A stretch of 64,000 bases of DNA from Vicinamibacteria bacterium (GCA_016650245.1 JAENWD010000139.1:6082-70081); one strand, 5' to 3'; counted from the stretch's first letter, positions 43,532 to 54,040 are shown. A program made the numbers and translations. Notes: generated from the sequence alone by a model not told the origin.

Positions 43532-44990
43532 GACTGGCCTCCTCGTCGGGCGCCAGGGCGGCGCGCCTGGACGCGGCGCTTGTGGGCGGCGTGCGACTGG
43601 CCGATCGCCGGCCGCGGCCCTCGTCCCGAATCTTGTGCTTGCGCATCTTGCTGTACAGCGTCGGGCGATAGAGCCCGAGCTGCGCGGCCGCTTCCTGCTT
43701 GTTCCAGTTGGTCCGCTCCAGTGCCTGCAGAATCGCCATCCGCTCCAGCGCCGCCAGCGTACGATGCGGCGGCAGCACGACGTCACCGCCCGGCCCCGAC
43801 TCTTCTCGCAGCGCTTCGGGCAGGTCAGCCGGCGCGATCTCGCTGCCCTTGGCAACCAGCACTCCGCGCTCGATGGCGTTCTCCAGCTCGCGCACGTTCC
43901 CCGGCCACCGGCTGCGAATCAACAGGTGATACGCCGCCGGCGCAATGGTCCGCACGTTGCGTTGATAGCGCTGCCGAAACCGATCGAGGAAATAGTCGCA
44001 CAACAGCGGGATGTCTTCGGTGCGCTCGCGCAGTGGCGGCACCCGCAACGCGATGGTGTTGATGCGGAAGTACAGATCCTCGCGCAGCCGTCCGTCCTTG
44101 AGCGCGGCATCCAGGTCGCTGTTGGTCGCGCAAATGAGCCGGAAGTCCACCCGGACGACGCGGTCGCTGCCGACGGGACGATACTCGCGCTCCTGCAGCA
44201 CACGCAGCAGCTTGGTCTGCAGGTACGGCGGCATTTCGCCGATCTCGTCCAGCAGAAGCGACCCGCCCTGGGCCTGCTCGAGCAGCCCGCCGCGGTCCTG
44301 AATCGCGCCGGTGAAGGCCCCGCGCCGGTGGCCGAACAGCTCGGCCTCGATCAGGTCTTTCGGGATCGCCGCGCAGTTGATCTTGATGAACGGACCCTTC
44401 ACGCGCCGGCTGTTGTAGTGGATCGCATTGGCGATCAGCTCCTTGCCGGTGCCGTTCTCGCCCTGAATCAGGATGTTCGCCTCCGAATCGGCGACGGCGG
44501 CCACCAGATCGAACAGCTCGCGCATCTTGCGGCTGCGTCCGATGATGTTCTCGAACTGGTAGCGGTCCAGCAGTTGCCTGCGCAGCGCGACGTTTTCGGC
44601 TTCCAGCTCGGTGCGCTCGATCGCACGGCCCAGCATCGCCAGCACGCTCTCCGCGTCAATGGGCTTTTCGAGAAAATAGGTCGCGCCAGCCTTGATGGCC
44701 TCGACCGCGCGCGGGATGCTGCCCTGCCCGCTGATGACCAACACTTCGGTCCGAGGCTGCAGCGCCTTGAAGCGCCGCACAAGGTCGGCGCCGTTGACGT
44801 CGGGCAACACCAGGTCCACCAGCGCGGCATCGGGATGCCAGCTCGTGAAGAGCGATTCGGCGTCGGACCCGCGAGTGGCCACACGCACGTCGTACCCGGC
44901 GCCGGTCACCGTCAGCGCCAGCCACTCCGCCATGTCCGGCTCGTCGTCGATGACGAGCACCCGCCTCATCCGTTTGCCGCTCATAAACAC
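43524..44990 (-). CDS. Sigma-54-dependent response regulator (NtrC family)
   Basis: Receiver domain (VLVIDDEPDM...DLVLPD), AAA+ domain (ILIQGENGTGKELIANAIH, GAFTGA, WPGNVRELEN) and Fis HTH (NKQEAAAQLGLYRPTLYSKMRK). The start is ambiguous among 44990 GTG, 44984 ATG and 44969 ATG. Confidence 0.9.
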   Translation of the reverse strand: MFMSGKRMRRVLVIDDEPDMAEWLALTVTGAGYDVRVATRGSDAESLFTSWHPDAALVDLVLPDVNGADLVRRFKALQPRTEVLVISGQGSIPRAVEAIKAGATYFLEKPIDAESVLAMLGRAIERTELEAENVALRRQLLDRYQFENIIGRSRKMRELFDLVAAVADSEANILIQGENGTGKELIANAIHYNSRRVKGPFIKINCAAIPKDLIEAELFGHRRGAFTGAIQDRGGLLEQAQGGSLLLDEIGEMPPYLQTKLLRVLQEREYRPVGSDRVVRVDFRLICATNSDLDAALKDGRLREDLYFRINTIALRVPPLRERTEDIPLLCDYFLDRFRQRYQRNVRTIAPAAYHLLIRSRWPGNVRELENAIERGVLVAKGSEIAPADLPEALREESGPGGDVVLPPHRTLAALERMAILQALERTNWNKQEAAAQLGLYRPTLYSKMRKHKIRDEGRGRRSASRTPPTSAASRRAALAPDEEASRA

Positions 44991-45149
44991 ATCAACGTGC
45001 CGCCGCGCCTCAATGGATGAGGTTGGCGAAGCTGTCTCGACTGTAGCACGCCGGCCGACCGAAATCGATACACGTAGCCGAAATGTGTCAGCTCTACGAC
45101 CTCAACCATTCCACCCTGCGTCTTTGCCAGTTCGCCGGCGACGCGCCGG

Positions 45150-45155
45150 TATAAT
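45150..45155 (+). promoter_or_regulatory. Consensus -10 hexamer TATAAT, 7 nt upstream of ATG 45163
   Basis: Read directly. TTGCCA lies at 45124-45129, a 20-nt spacing that is longer than optimal. Confidence 0.4.
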
Positions 45156-45162
45156 GCCGCGC

Positions 45163-45345
45163 ATGCCTGACGCTCCCAAGCCTTCCCGCGTCACCACCTT
45201 GCAGCCATTGCTCACCACACGCCCGTTTTCCGACGCCAACGAGAAAGTGGTCTGCGAGCGCTGCGGCGGAGCCAACGTCTACCGGATGCACGCCGTCTGG
45301 CGGTGCTCGGATTGCGGCTTCAAGACCGACTGCTGCGGCTGGTAG
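45163..45345 (+). CDS. Small zinc-ribbon protein (60 aa) at the head of the liu/mcc cluster
   Basis: CERC-x14-CSDC plus a terminal CC. Good third-position GC. It ends 10 nt before the carboxyltransferase ATG. Confidence 0.5.
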   Translation: MPDAPKPSRVTTLQPLLTTRPFSDANEKVVCERCGGANVYRMHAVWRCSDCGFKTDCCGW

Positions 45346-45355
45346 AGCCTGAGTC

Positions 45356-46963
45356 ATGGAACGACTGCCCACCCAGGTCGACCCGCGCAGCGCGGAGTTT
45401 GCGGCCAACGCCGAGGCCAACCGCGCGGGGGTCGCTGCGTTGCGCGCGGCACGCGACGTGGCGCGGGCCGGCGGGGGCGCCCGGTCGCTCGAGCGTCACC
45501 AGGCACAGGGCAAGCTCCTGGTCCGCGACCGGCTGGCGCGGCTGCTCGATCCGGGTTCGCCGTTTCTGGAACTGTCGCCCCTGGCGGCGTATGCCGTCTA
45601 CGAAGACGACGCCCCCGGCGCGGGCCTGGTCACCGGCATCGGACGGGTCTCGGGCCGCGAGGTGCTGATCGTCGCCAACGACGCCACCGTGAAAGGGGGC
45701 ACCTACTACCCGCTGACGGTGAAGAAGCACCTGCGCGCGCAGGAAGTGGCGATGGCCAACCACCTGCCATGCGTCTACCTGGTCGACTCTGGCGGCGCGT
45801 TTCTGCCGCTGCAGGCCGAGGTCTTCCCCGATCGCGAGCACTTCGGGCGCATCTTCTACAACCAGGCGCGCATGTCGGCCGCCGGGTTGGCGCAGATTGC
45901 CGTCGTGATGGGATCGTGTACGGCCGGGGGAGCCTACGTCCCGGCGATGTCGGACCAGACGGTGATCGTCAAAGGCACCGGCACGATCTTTCTCGGCGGC
46001 CCGCCGCTGGTGAAGGCCGCCACGGGCGAGGACGTCACGCCGGAGGAACTCGGCGGCGCCGACGTCCACACGCGCCTGTCGGGCGTCGCCGACTACTTCG
46101 CCGACGACGACGCACATGCGCTCGAGATCGCCCGCACCATCGTCAGTTCGCTGACCTCGGCCAAGCACTGGCCCGACAGCGCCATCGCGGCCGAGGAACC
46201 CAGCTACGATCCCGAGGAGCTGTACGGCATCGTCCCGACGGATCTGCGCAAGGGCTACGACGTGCGCGAGGTCATCGCGCGGGTGGTGGACGGATCGCGG
46301 TTCGACGAGTTCAAGCAACGCTACGCCCCGACGCTGGTCACGGGCTTTGCGCGGGTGCACGGGATGCTGGTCGGCATCCTCGCCAATAACGGCGTGCTCT
46401 TCTCGGAATCGGCGCTCAAGGGCACGCACTTCATCGAGCTGTGCAACATGCGCGGCATCCCGCTGGTGTTCCTCCAGAACATCACGGGCTTCATCGTCGG
46501 CCGGCAGTACGAACGCGCCGGCATCGCGCGTGATGGCGCAAAGTTGGTGCACGCGGTGGCCAACAGCGTCGTGCCGAAGTTCACGGTCGTGATCGGCGGC
46601 TCGTTTGGCGCAGGTAACTACGGCATGTGCGGCCGCGCGTACGACCCGCGCTTTCTGTGGATGTGGCCCAATGCGCGCATCTCGGTGATGGGCGGCGAGC
46701 AGGCCGCCGGGGTGCTCACGACGGTCAAACGCGACCAGCTGGCGCGCGACGGCCGGACGCTCTCGGCCGACGAGCAAGCCGCCATTCGCGATCCGCTGCT
46801 GGCCAAGTACGAGACTGAAGGTTCGCCCTACTACTCCACCGCGCGCTTGTGGGACGATGGGATCCTGGATCCGCTCGACACGCGCGCCAGCCTGGCGCTT
46901 GGTCTGTCGGCGGCCTGCAACGCGCCGATTCCGGCGCCGCGCTACGGCATCTTCCGGATGTAG
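45356..46963 (+). CDS. Methylcrotonoyl-CoA carboxylase beta subunit (carboxyltransferase)
   Basis: 535 aa with [41 protein letters not shown] and GGADVH. The context (hydratase, biotin carboxylase, HMG-CoA lyase) supports the MCC assignment. Confidence 0.9.
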   Translation: MERLPTQVDPRSAEFAANAEANRAGVAALRAARDVARAGGGARSLERHQAQGKLLVRDRLARLLDPGSPFLELSPLAAYAVYEDDAPGAGLVTGIGRVSGREVLIVANDATVKGGTYYPLTVKKHLRAQEVAMANHLPCVYLVDSGGAFLPLQAEVFPDREHFGRIFYNQARMSAAGLAQIAVVMGSCTAGGAYVPAMSDQTVIVKGTGTIFLGGPPLVKAATGEDVTPEELGGADVHTRLSGVADYFADDDAHALEIARTIVSSLTSAKHWPDSAIAAEEPSYDPEELYGIVPTDLRKGYDVREVIARVVDGSRFDEFKQRYAPTLVTGFARVHGMLVGILANNGVLFSESALKGTHFIELCNMRGIPLVFLQNITGFIVGRQYERAGIARDGAKLVHAVANSVVPKFTVVIGGSFGAGNYGMCGRAYDPRFLWMWPNARISVMGGEQAAGVLTTVKRDQLARDGRTLSADEQAAIRDPLLAKYETEGSPYYSTARLWDDGILDPLDTRASLALGLSAACNAPIPAPRYGIFRM

Positions 46964-46975
46964 GCGTCAACTCGC

Positions 46976-47751
46976 ATGGGATTCCGCTACCTCGATGCAC
47001 GCCGAGACGGCCCCGTGGAGTACCTCACGCTGAACCGACCCGACGTCAGAAACGCGTTCAACGACGGCGTCATCACCGAGCTCACCTGGTGGGCCGACTC
47101 GGTGGCGGCCGATCGTGGAGTGCGCGCCGTCGTGTTCGCCGGCGCCGGTCCGACGTTTTGCGCAGGCGCCGATCTGGACTGGATGCGGCGCATGGCCAGC
47201 TACTCGTACCAGCAGAACCTGGACGACGCCAGCGACATGGCGCGGATGTTTCTCACGCTCGACCGGCTGCCCGTGCCGGTCATCGGACGCGTGCAGGGCG
47301 CCGCGCTCGGTGGCGGCACCGGTCTGGCCGCCATCTGCGACATCGTGGTGGCCGCCGATGACGCGGTATTCGGCCTGACCGAGGTGCGACTGGGCCTCAT
47401 CCCGGCCGTGATCGCGCCGTTTGTCATCGGCAAGATCGGAGGTTCTGCGGCGCGCGAGTTGTTCCTCACGGGGGCCCGGTTCGGCGCCGAGCGCGCGAAG
47501 GCACTGGGACTTGTGCACGCGGTCGTGCCGGAAGCAGACCTCGACCAGACGGTGGTCGGCTACGTGAAGGATCTGCTCGCCGGCGCGCCGGGGGCGATCA
47601 GCGCGGCCAAGCACCTCATCGCCGAGTGCGGCAAGCGATCGGCGACCGACGCGGCGACGTTGTGCGCGGACGCCATCGCCCGGCGTCGAGCCTCACCAGA
47701 GGGACAGGAAGGGATTCGCGCCTTTCTCGAGAAGAGAAAGCCCACCTGGTG

Positions 47752-47752
<1 letters not shown>
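46976..47752 (+). CDS. Enoyl-CoA hydratase/isomerase family (methylglutaconyl-CoA hydratase by context)
   Basis: LNRPDVRNAF, FCAGADL and GAALGGGTGLAAICDI crotonase motifs. Confidence 0.8.
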
Positions 47753-49251
<1,499 letters not shown>

Positions 49252-49252
49252 C

Positions 49253-49732
49253 ATGGCGACGCGTGCCGTCGACGTCCGCCTTGGCGACGCGGTCGTGCGC
49301 GTCGACCGGCACGCCGACGGCACGTTGCACATCGCCGGCGCGCAGGCCCTTGTCGATTCGGTTGGAGAGGGCGAATGGCGCGTCGTCGTCGACGGCCACG
49401 CGCATCGTGTGTTTGCGGCCGGCCCGAGTGATGCACCGTGGATCTGGTACGACGGGGTGGCCTATCGGCCGGAGGTCGCCGACACCCATCGCCCTGCACG
49501 CACCCGCAGCCGCGACTCCGCCGGCAACCTGTCCGCTCCCATGCCGGCCACGGTGCGCGCCATCGCGGTCGCGCCCGGCGATCGCGTCGCGCGCGGCGAC
49601 ACGCTCATCGTGCTCGAAGCGATGAAGATGGAGCTGCCGCTGAAAGCGCCGGCCGATGGCATCGTCGTCTCGGTTGCCTGCCAGGTCGGCGATCTCGTCC
49701 AGCCCGGCGTGCCGCTGGTGGAGCTGGCATGA
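49253..49732 (+). CDS. BT-like segment plus biotin carboxyl carrier domain (rest of the MCC alpha subunit)
   Basis: The ATG lies 1 nt after the previous stop, in a different frame. The C-terminus has the biotinylation motif (LIVLEAMKMELPLKAP). Confidence 0.8.
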   Translation: MATRAVDVRLGDAVVRVDRHADGTLHIAGAQALVDSVGEGEWRVVVDGHAHRVFAAGPSDAPWIWYDGVAYRPEVADTHRPARTRSRDSAGNLSAPMPATVRAIAVAPGDRVARGDTLIVLEAMKMELPLKAPADGIVVSVACQVGDLVQPGVPLVELA

Positions 49733-50646
49733 GCCGCCCGCCCCTGCCGCCGCGCGTGACCGTCGTCGAGGTGGGCCCACGCGATGGCCTGCAGAACGAG
49801 ACGGTGCAGGTCTCAACCGCGACCAAGATCGCGTTTGTCGAGGCGCTGGCCGCAGCCGGGCTCCCGGTCGTCGAGATCGCGGCTTTCGTCAATCCCGCGC
49901 GCGTGCCTCAGATGGCCGATGCCATCGACGTCGCACGCGGCATCGCGAAGCAGCCCGGGACTCGCTACACCGCGCTGGTGCCCAACCTGCGCGGCCTCGC
50001 TGCGGCGTACGACGCCGGGATGACCGAGATCGCGATCGTCGTGGCGGCGTCCGAGACGTTCAGTCAGCGCAACATCAACCAGACGGTCGACGCCTCGTTG
50101 ACGGCGTACGCGTCGGTCGTCCACGACGCGCGGGCCGAGGGGATGCGTGTCCGCGGCTACCTCTCTACCGCGTTCGGGTGCCCGTTCGAGGGCGACGTGC
50201 CGCAGGCTCGTGTCGTCGAACTGACCGAGCGTTTGCTGTCGATGGGCGTGTTCGAGGTGGCGGTCAGCGACACTATCGGGGTCGCCACGCCGGGCGAGGT
50301 GGCCGACATGGTCGAGGCGATGAGCGCACGGGTGCCGGTCGGCGCCATCGCGCTGCACCTGCACGACACGCGCGGGACGGCCCTGGCCAATGTCCTGGCG
50401 GCGCTCGAAGCCGGGGTCTCGACCTTTGACGCGTCGGCGGGAGGCCTGGGCGGTTGCCCCTTTGCGCCGGGCGCGGCGGGCAACCTGTCGACTGAAGACC
50501 TGATCTACATGCTGCAGGGCCTTGGCATCGAGACCGGCGTCGATCTTGACGCCGTTGTGCGCGCGTCACGCCTGATCGCGGCCTCGATCGGCCACCCGCT
50601 GCCGTCCCGCTATCTGAAGGCAGTATCGGGGTCAGACCCCCGGTGA
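49729..50646 (+). CDS. Hydroxymethylglutaryl-CoA lyase
   Basis: VEVGPRDGLQNE, HLHDTRGTALANVLAALEAG and GGLGGCPFAPGAAGN. ATGA overlap with the upstream gene. Confidence 0.9.
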   Translation: MSRPPLPPRVTVVEVGPRDGLQNETVQVSTATKIAFVEALAAAGLPVVEIAAFVNPARVPQMADAIDVARGIAKQPGTRYTALVPNLRGLAAAYDAGMTEIAIVVAASETFSQRNINQTVDASLTAYASVVHDARAEGMRVRGYLSTAFGCPFEGDVPQARVVELTERLLSMGVFEVAVSDTIGVATPGEVADMVEAMSARVPVGAIALHLHDTRGTALANVLAALEAGVSTFDASAGGLGGCPFAPGAAGNLSTEDLIYMLQGLGIETGVDLDAVVRASRLIAASIGHPLPSRYLKAVSGSDPR

Positions 50647-50668
50647 GATCGAGCTGGGGTCTGACCCC
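50628..50668. terminator. 13-bp perfect inverted repeat GGGGTCAGACCCC / GGGGTCTGACCCC between convergent genes
   Basis: Read directly, with a 15-nt loop. The first arm lies in the last codons of the lyase gene. The second arm ends 9 nt from the kinase stop. Confidence 0.5.
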
Positions 50669-50676
50669 AGCGTCGT

Positions 50677-52146
50677 TCACCCAAGTGTGCCGTCGGCCGA
50701 ATGACGCAGCGCCGACAGCCCGCTGGGTTGTTCGAGCCGGCCAGGCAGAGTGATCGTGAAGGTCGCGCCCTGCCCCTCGCCCGGGCTCGATGCCTCCACC
50801 GTCCCGCCGTGGGCCTCCACCAGCTCGCGCACGATCGCCAGGCCGATGCCCAGGCCGCGCACGCCGCGCGACTCCGGCGTGTCGGCCTGAGAGAAGCGAT
50901 CGAACACACGCGACAGAAAGGCCGGCGCAATGCCGCGCCCTGTGTCGGTGACCACCAGCCGCAGCGCCGTGCCGGCCGGCGCCAGCGTGAGGGTCACGCG
51001 TCCGCCGGCGGGCGTGAACTTCACGGCGTTGGACAGCAGGTTCCACGCCACCTGCCGCAATCGGTCAGCGTCGGCCGAGACCCAGCGTGCCGATGCGTCA
51101 AAGGAGGTCACCAGCTCGACGCCGCGCGCCTCGGCTGCCGGGCGCACCGCCTCCAGCGCGCTCTGGACCACGCCGGCCGCATCCATCGGCTCGACGTGCA
51201 GCCGCAACTGCCCCCTCTCGATGCGCGACAGATCGAGCAGCTCTTCCACCAGGCGCGCCTGCGCCTGCGCGTTGCGCTCGATGACCTCCATCGCGTGCTC
51301 CACGCGATGTGGTGGCACTTGCCCGCTCGACAGCATCCGCGCCCAACCCAGCACGGCGTTGAGGGGCGTCCTCAACTCGTGCGAGATCGTCGCGAGAAAA
51401 TCGTCCTTCATCCGGATGGCGTCGGCCAACGCGGACTCAGCGTCTTTCTGCCCCGTGATGTCCACCGTGATGCCGTCAAAGCGCGCCGGCCGTCCCTGCC
51501 GGTCGTAGAACCCACGCCCGAGCGCCTTGAGCCAGCGCGTCCCGCCGGTTGGCAGCATCACGCGAAAGTCGATGTCGCAACTGGTGTGGCCGAAGATGGC
51601 GCGCTCGGCGCCTTTCTGGAACCGCTCGCGATCTTCGGGGTGAATGCACCCGATGAAGACGTCAAGGTTCACACTCGCGTTGGCGGGCAGACCGAAGTGC
51701 GCCTTGCACTGCGCGTCCCAATGCATCTGCTGCGTCGGCAGGTCGCTGTACCAGTGCCCGATGCCGATCGAGTGCATGACCTCGGCAAACCGCGCGTGCT
51801 GGCCGCGCAGATCCTCGAGTTGGTGCCGCTGGCGACGCTGCCGGTCGGCCAGTGCGGCCACCACCGCGCCAACAACGGCGAACACGAGCAGCCGCACGAA
51901 CATGCTCGGCGCCGTGTTGGGCGTCCACAGTTGCTCGATCTGCGGAAGGGTGACGGCGCCGAGCACGCCCAGGCCTGTGGCGAGCAGGCCCACGGCAAGC
52001 CCGCCGACCCACGCGCTCAGGAGCGCGGCGAGCAACAGGAGGGTCAACACGGCTCCACCGCGGGGGGCGATGAGGTAGCTGAGGACAAGTCCGAGGGAAA
52101 CGGTGCCGACGGCCAGTAACGGGCCGCCCCACCACACGCGTGTCAT
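50677..52146 (-). CDS. Sensor histidine kinase (TM region, PAS-like, HisKA, HATPase_c)
   Basis: H-box FLATISHELRTPLNAVLGW, N-box LLSNAVKFTP and G-boxes DTGRGI / GLGIGLAIV. ATG 52146 is preferred because GGAG lies 5 nt upstream. Confidence 0.85.
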   Translation of the reverse strand: MTRVWWGGPLLAVGTVSLGLVLSYLIAPRGGAVLTLLLLAALLSAWVGGLAVGLLATGLGVLGAVTLPQIEQLWTPNTAPSMFVRLLVFAVVGAVVAALADRQRRQRHQLEDLRGQHARFAEVMHSIGIGHWYSDLPTQQMHWDAQCKAHFGLPANASVNLDVFIGCIHPEDRERFQKGAERAIFGHTSCDIDFRVMLPTGGTRWLKALGRGFYDRQGRPARFDGITVDITGQKDAESALADAIRMKDDFLATISHELRTPLNAVLGWARMLSSGQVPPHRVEHAMEVIERNAQAQARLVEELLDLSRIERGQLRLHVEPMDAAGVVQSALEAVRPAAEARGVELVTSFDASARWVSADADRLRQVAWNLLSNAVKFTPAGGRVTLTLAPAGTALRLVVTDTGRGIAPAFLSRVFDRFSQADTPESRGVRGLGIGLAIVRELVEAHGGTVEASSPGEGQGATFTITLPGRLEQPSGLSALRHSADGTLG

Positions 52147-52181
52147 GGATACTCCGAAGAAATGGAGCATCACGATAGGGG

Positions 52182-52195
52182 GCCCCGTGCGGGGC
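52182..52195 (-). terminator. Hairpin GCCCCG-tg-CGGGGC between a 47-aa ORF and the kinase gene
   Basis: Read directly, 3 nt after the stop at 52198. The loop is very short, so the effective stem is 5 bp. Confidence 0.25.
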
Positions 52196-52197
52196 TG

Positions 52198-52341
52198 TCA
52201 AACGACCGGCGAGGGCTCGAGTGAATCGGGAGGAGTCGTCGCGAGTGGCGAAGCCGGGCCGGACCAATCAAACGGGACGCGCCCGTGTTCGTCGTCGGCC
52301 GTGAGCAGCAGCAGGGGGAGCAACCAGTCTGCGAAAGCCAT
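52198..52341 (-). CDS. Candidate small ORF (47 aa)
   Basis: My own reading of the tail of track ORF 52198..52755 (MAFADWLLPLLLLTADDEHGRV...). Moderate third-position GC. TATACC lies 7 nt upstream of the ATG and a hairpin follows the stop. Weak call. Confidence 0.25.
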   Translation of the reverse strand: MAFADWLLPLLLLTADDEHGRVPFDWSGPASPLATTPPDSLEPSPVV

Positions 52342-52382
52342 CCGCCGGGGTATATCGGTCCCGGGAGGCCTCGGCTGTAGCG

Positions 52383-52682
52383 CTACATCTGGCCCCGACC
52401 CGTGATCCACGAATAGCGGGCAAACCGGTCTGGGGCACCGGCGAACCGGGGACGGGGTGCCTTGGTGTCGAGATGCCAGCCGGGCGATTCCACGTGGCAG
52501 TCCTGGCAGGAAAGGTACACGCGGCGGTCCTCTATGCAGAGCGCGGGCGCATGCCCCTGAAGTCGGCAGCGCAGCGCGGCCAGCGCGGTCACGGCCCGGG
52601 CGCCCAGCGAGGCGGCGGCGGTGGTGCCGTGCGGCACCAGGCCGGGCAGCGTGCGCGGGAGAGTCTGACTGGAGGTCGTCAT
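52383..52682 (-). CDS. Small Cys-rich protein (99 aa), possible zinc ribbon
   Basis: Strong third-position GC. Contains RC-x9-C...C-x2-C (LSCQDCHVESPGW). I chose the internal ATG at 52682; the track ORF starts at TTG 52700. Confidence 0.45.
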   Translation of the reverse strand: MTTSSQTLPRTLPGLVPHGTTAAASLGARAVTALAALRCRLQGHAPALCIEDRRVYLSCQDCHVESPGWHLDTKAPRPRFAGAPDRFARYSWITGRGQM

Positions 52683-52844
52683 GCCCCTTAGCCGGGGCAA
52701 GCCTCAGGCCATCGCGATTTGGGCCGGAAACCCAGGATCTTCGACGCCCGTTCACCGGCGGAGTCTGGTGCCGAGCAGACGTTTGTCGGCCAAATGGCGG
52801 AGCCGTAGGGGCGATTGGCGGCAGGGAAACGAACCCCGCACCGC

Positions 52845-52874
52845 CCGCTCAGGGAGGAGGAGCCTGAGGAGCGG
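52845..52874 (-). terminator. Hairpin CCGCTCAGG-gaggaggag-CCTGAG(gag)CGG
   Basis: Read directly. On the minus strand it lies about 30 nt after the 34-aa ORF stop and is followed by a GTTCGTTTC stretch. Confidence 0.3.
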
Positions 52875-52901
52875 TACGGGGTGACCGGACAGAGGGGGAC
52901 G

Positions 52902-53006
52902 TCAGAACTTCGGGGTGCGCTTTCCCTGCCGACTGCGACGCCGCATGATGTACAGCGTCAGAGCAATTCCAGCCAGGAGCAGTAGCGCGATGTATTGCAT
53001 GTCCAT
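52902..53006 (-). CDS. Candidate micro-ORF, 34-aa single-TM peptide (MDMQYIALLLLAGIALTLYIMRRRSRQGKRTPKF)
   Basis: My own translation; it is below the ORF-track length cutoff. AAGGGA lies 6 nt upstream of the ATG. It has a hydrophobic helix followed by a basic tail. Confidence 0.3.
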   Translation of the reverse strand: MDMQYIALLLLAGIALTLYIMRRRSRQGKRTPKF

Positions 53007-53115
53007 AGTGTCCCTTTCATCGGCCGGTCGGCGCCGGCGCTATAGCCCGGTGTCGATGTGTGCAGGCGCGGGCGACGCGCCCTCGGGAAGTATAGAGTGA
53101 AGGGGGTGGAGGTAC

Positions 53116-53811
53116 CTAGCGCAGCTGCTTGATACGGGCCACCAGATCCGCCACGCGGCGGGCCGACACCACGCCGGCAGCCGTTGCCGGCTCGCGCACG
53201 AGCCGCCCGACGTGCACCTCCCGAAGCGCTGGCACCCGCGAGAGCGCGATCAGCGCCTCCTCGGTGACGCCTCCGCCGGGCAGCAACTGCAGTCCGGCCC
53301 CGGCACGCGCGCTCCACGCCCGCAGCCGCTCGGCGCGCGCCGGCCACTCGCCGGCGCCCCCGTCGCACAGCACGCGGTCCACCGCGGGGTGCCGAACCAG
53401 CGTGGTGAGCCCCTCGTCGGGGTCGGAAAGTCCCTCGAACGCGCGATGAAACGTGATCGGACGCCCGGCGGCGCCACTGACTGCGTCGAGCAGCGCCTCG
53501 TCGACACGCCGATCGACAAGCGCGCCAAACACCAGGCCATCGACCGGGCGTTGCCCGATGGCGCGTGCCTGATCGACCAGTCGCCGGCGCACCCGGGGGT
53601 CGGGCACGTCGTGCGGCTCGGAGTCGCGCACCATCACCCGCACCGGGATGCGCACCTGCGAGAGGACGGCCTCGACCAGCGCCACCGACGGCGTCAGCCC
53701 CCCGCGTTCGAGCGACGTCACCAGCTCGATGCGCGCCGCACCGCCCTGTTCGGCCGCCAGCGCATCATTGAGCGACGTCGCGATGACTTCCAGCGCCAGC
53801 GGGCCGGTCAC
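53116..53811 (-). CDS. cutC: Copper homeostasis protein CutC family
   Basis: LALEVIATSLNDALAAEQGGAARIELVTSLERGGLTPS and ITFHRAF motifs. GTG 53811 overlaps the TGA of the upstream GNAT fragment. The rest of track ORF 53116..54144 is shadow. Confidence 0.85.
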   Translation of the reverse strand: MTGPLALEVIATSLNDALAAEQGGAARIELVTSLERGGLTPSVALVEAVLSQVRIPVRVMVRDSEPHDVPDPRVRRRLVDQARAIGQRPVDGLVFGALVDRRVDEALLDAVSGAAGRPITFHRAFEGLSDPDEGLTTLVRHPAVDRVLCDGGAGEWPARAERLRAWSARAGAGLQLLPGGGVTEEALIALSRVPALREVHVGRLVREPATAAGVVSARRVADLVARIKQLR

Positions 53812-54035
53812 AGGTACATGGGTCGGTAGCCGAGTTGCCGGGCGAGGTCGAGGCAGCGGGCGAGCATGGCGCGCCCCAGGCCGCGACCGCGCGCTTCGGG
53901 CCTCAGATACATCTTGCGCAGCTCGCAGACCTGGGGCTCTCCGCCGGCCCATGGCGTCGTGGTCCCTGCGGTATAGTGGATCGCAGGCCGGGCACGGGCC
54001 AACACGTGAGACGGCCGGCCGGCATTGGGGGACAA
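53808..54035 (-). pseudogene. GNAT acetyltransferase fragment (central about 75 aa only)
   Basis: ELRKMYLRPEARGRGLGRAMLARCLDLARQLGY is GNAT motif A. About 40 aa are missing at the N-terminus and about 35-40 aa at the C-terminus. It is boxed in by cutC and the divergent gene at 54041. Confidence 0.45.
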
Positions 54036-54040
54036 ACGGT

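Noticed and set aside
45094-45420. 108-aa minus-strand ORF over the zinc-ribbon gene and the liu operon start
   Set aside because: It has poor composition and is antisense to the zinc-ribbon ORF and the carboxyltransferase start.
52824-52837. tRNA/tmRNA-like T-arm (GGG-TTCGTTT-CCC on the minus strand)
   Set aside because: No matching acceptor stem exists (GGCGGCA is absent at the required distance) and there is no D or anticodon arm.
52701-52901. Known structured RNA (SRP, 6S or a riboswitch) in the 200-nt spacer
   Set aside because: I found no SRP GGAA/AGCA motif or other signature I can recognise by eye. I kept it only as an unassigned structured leader in the findings.
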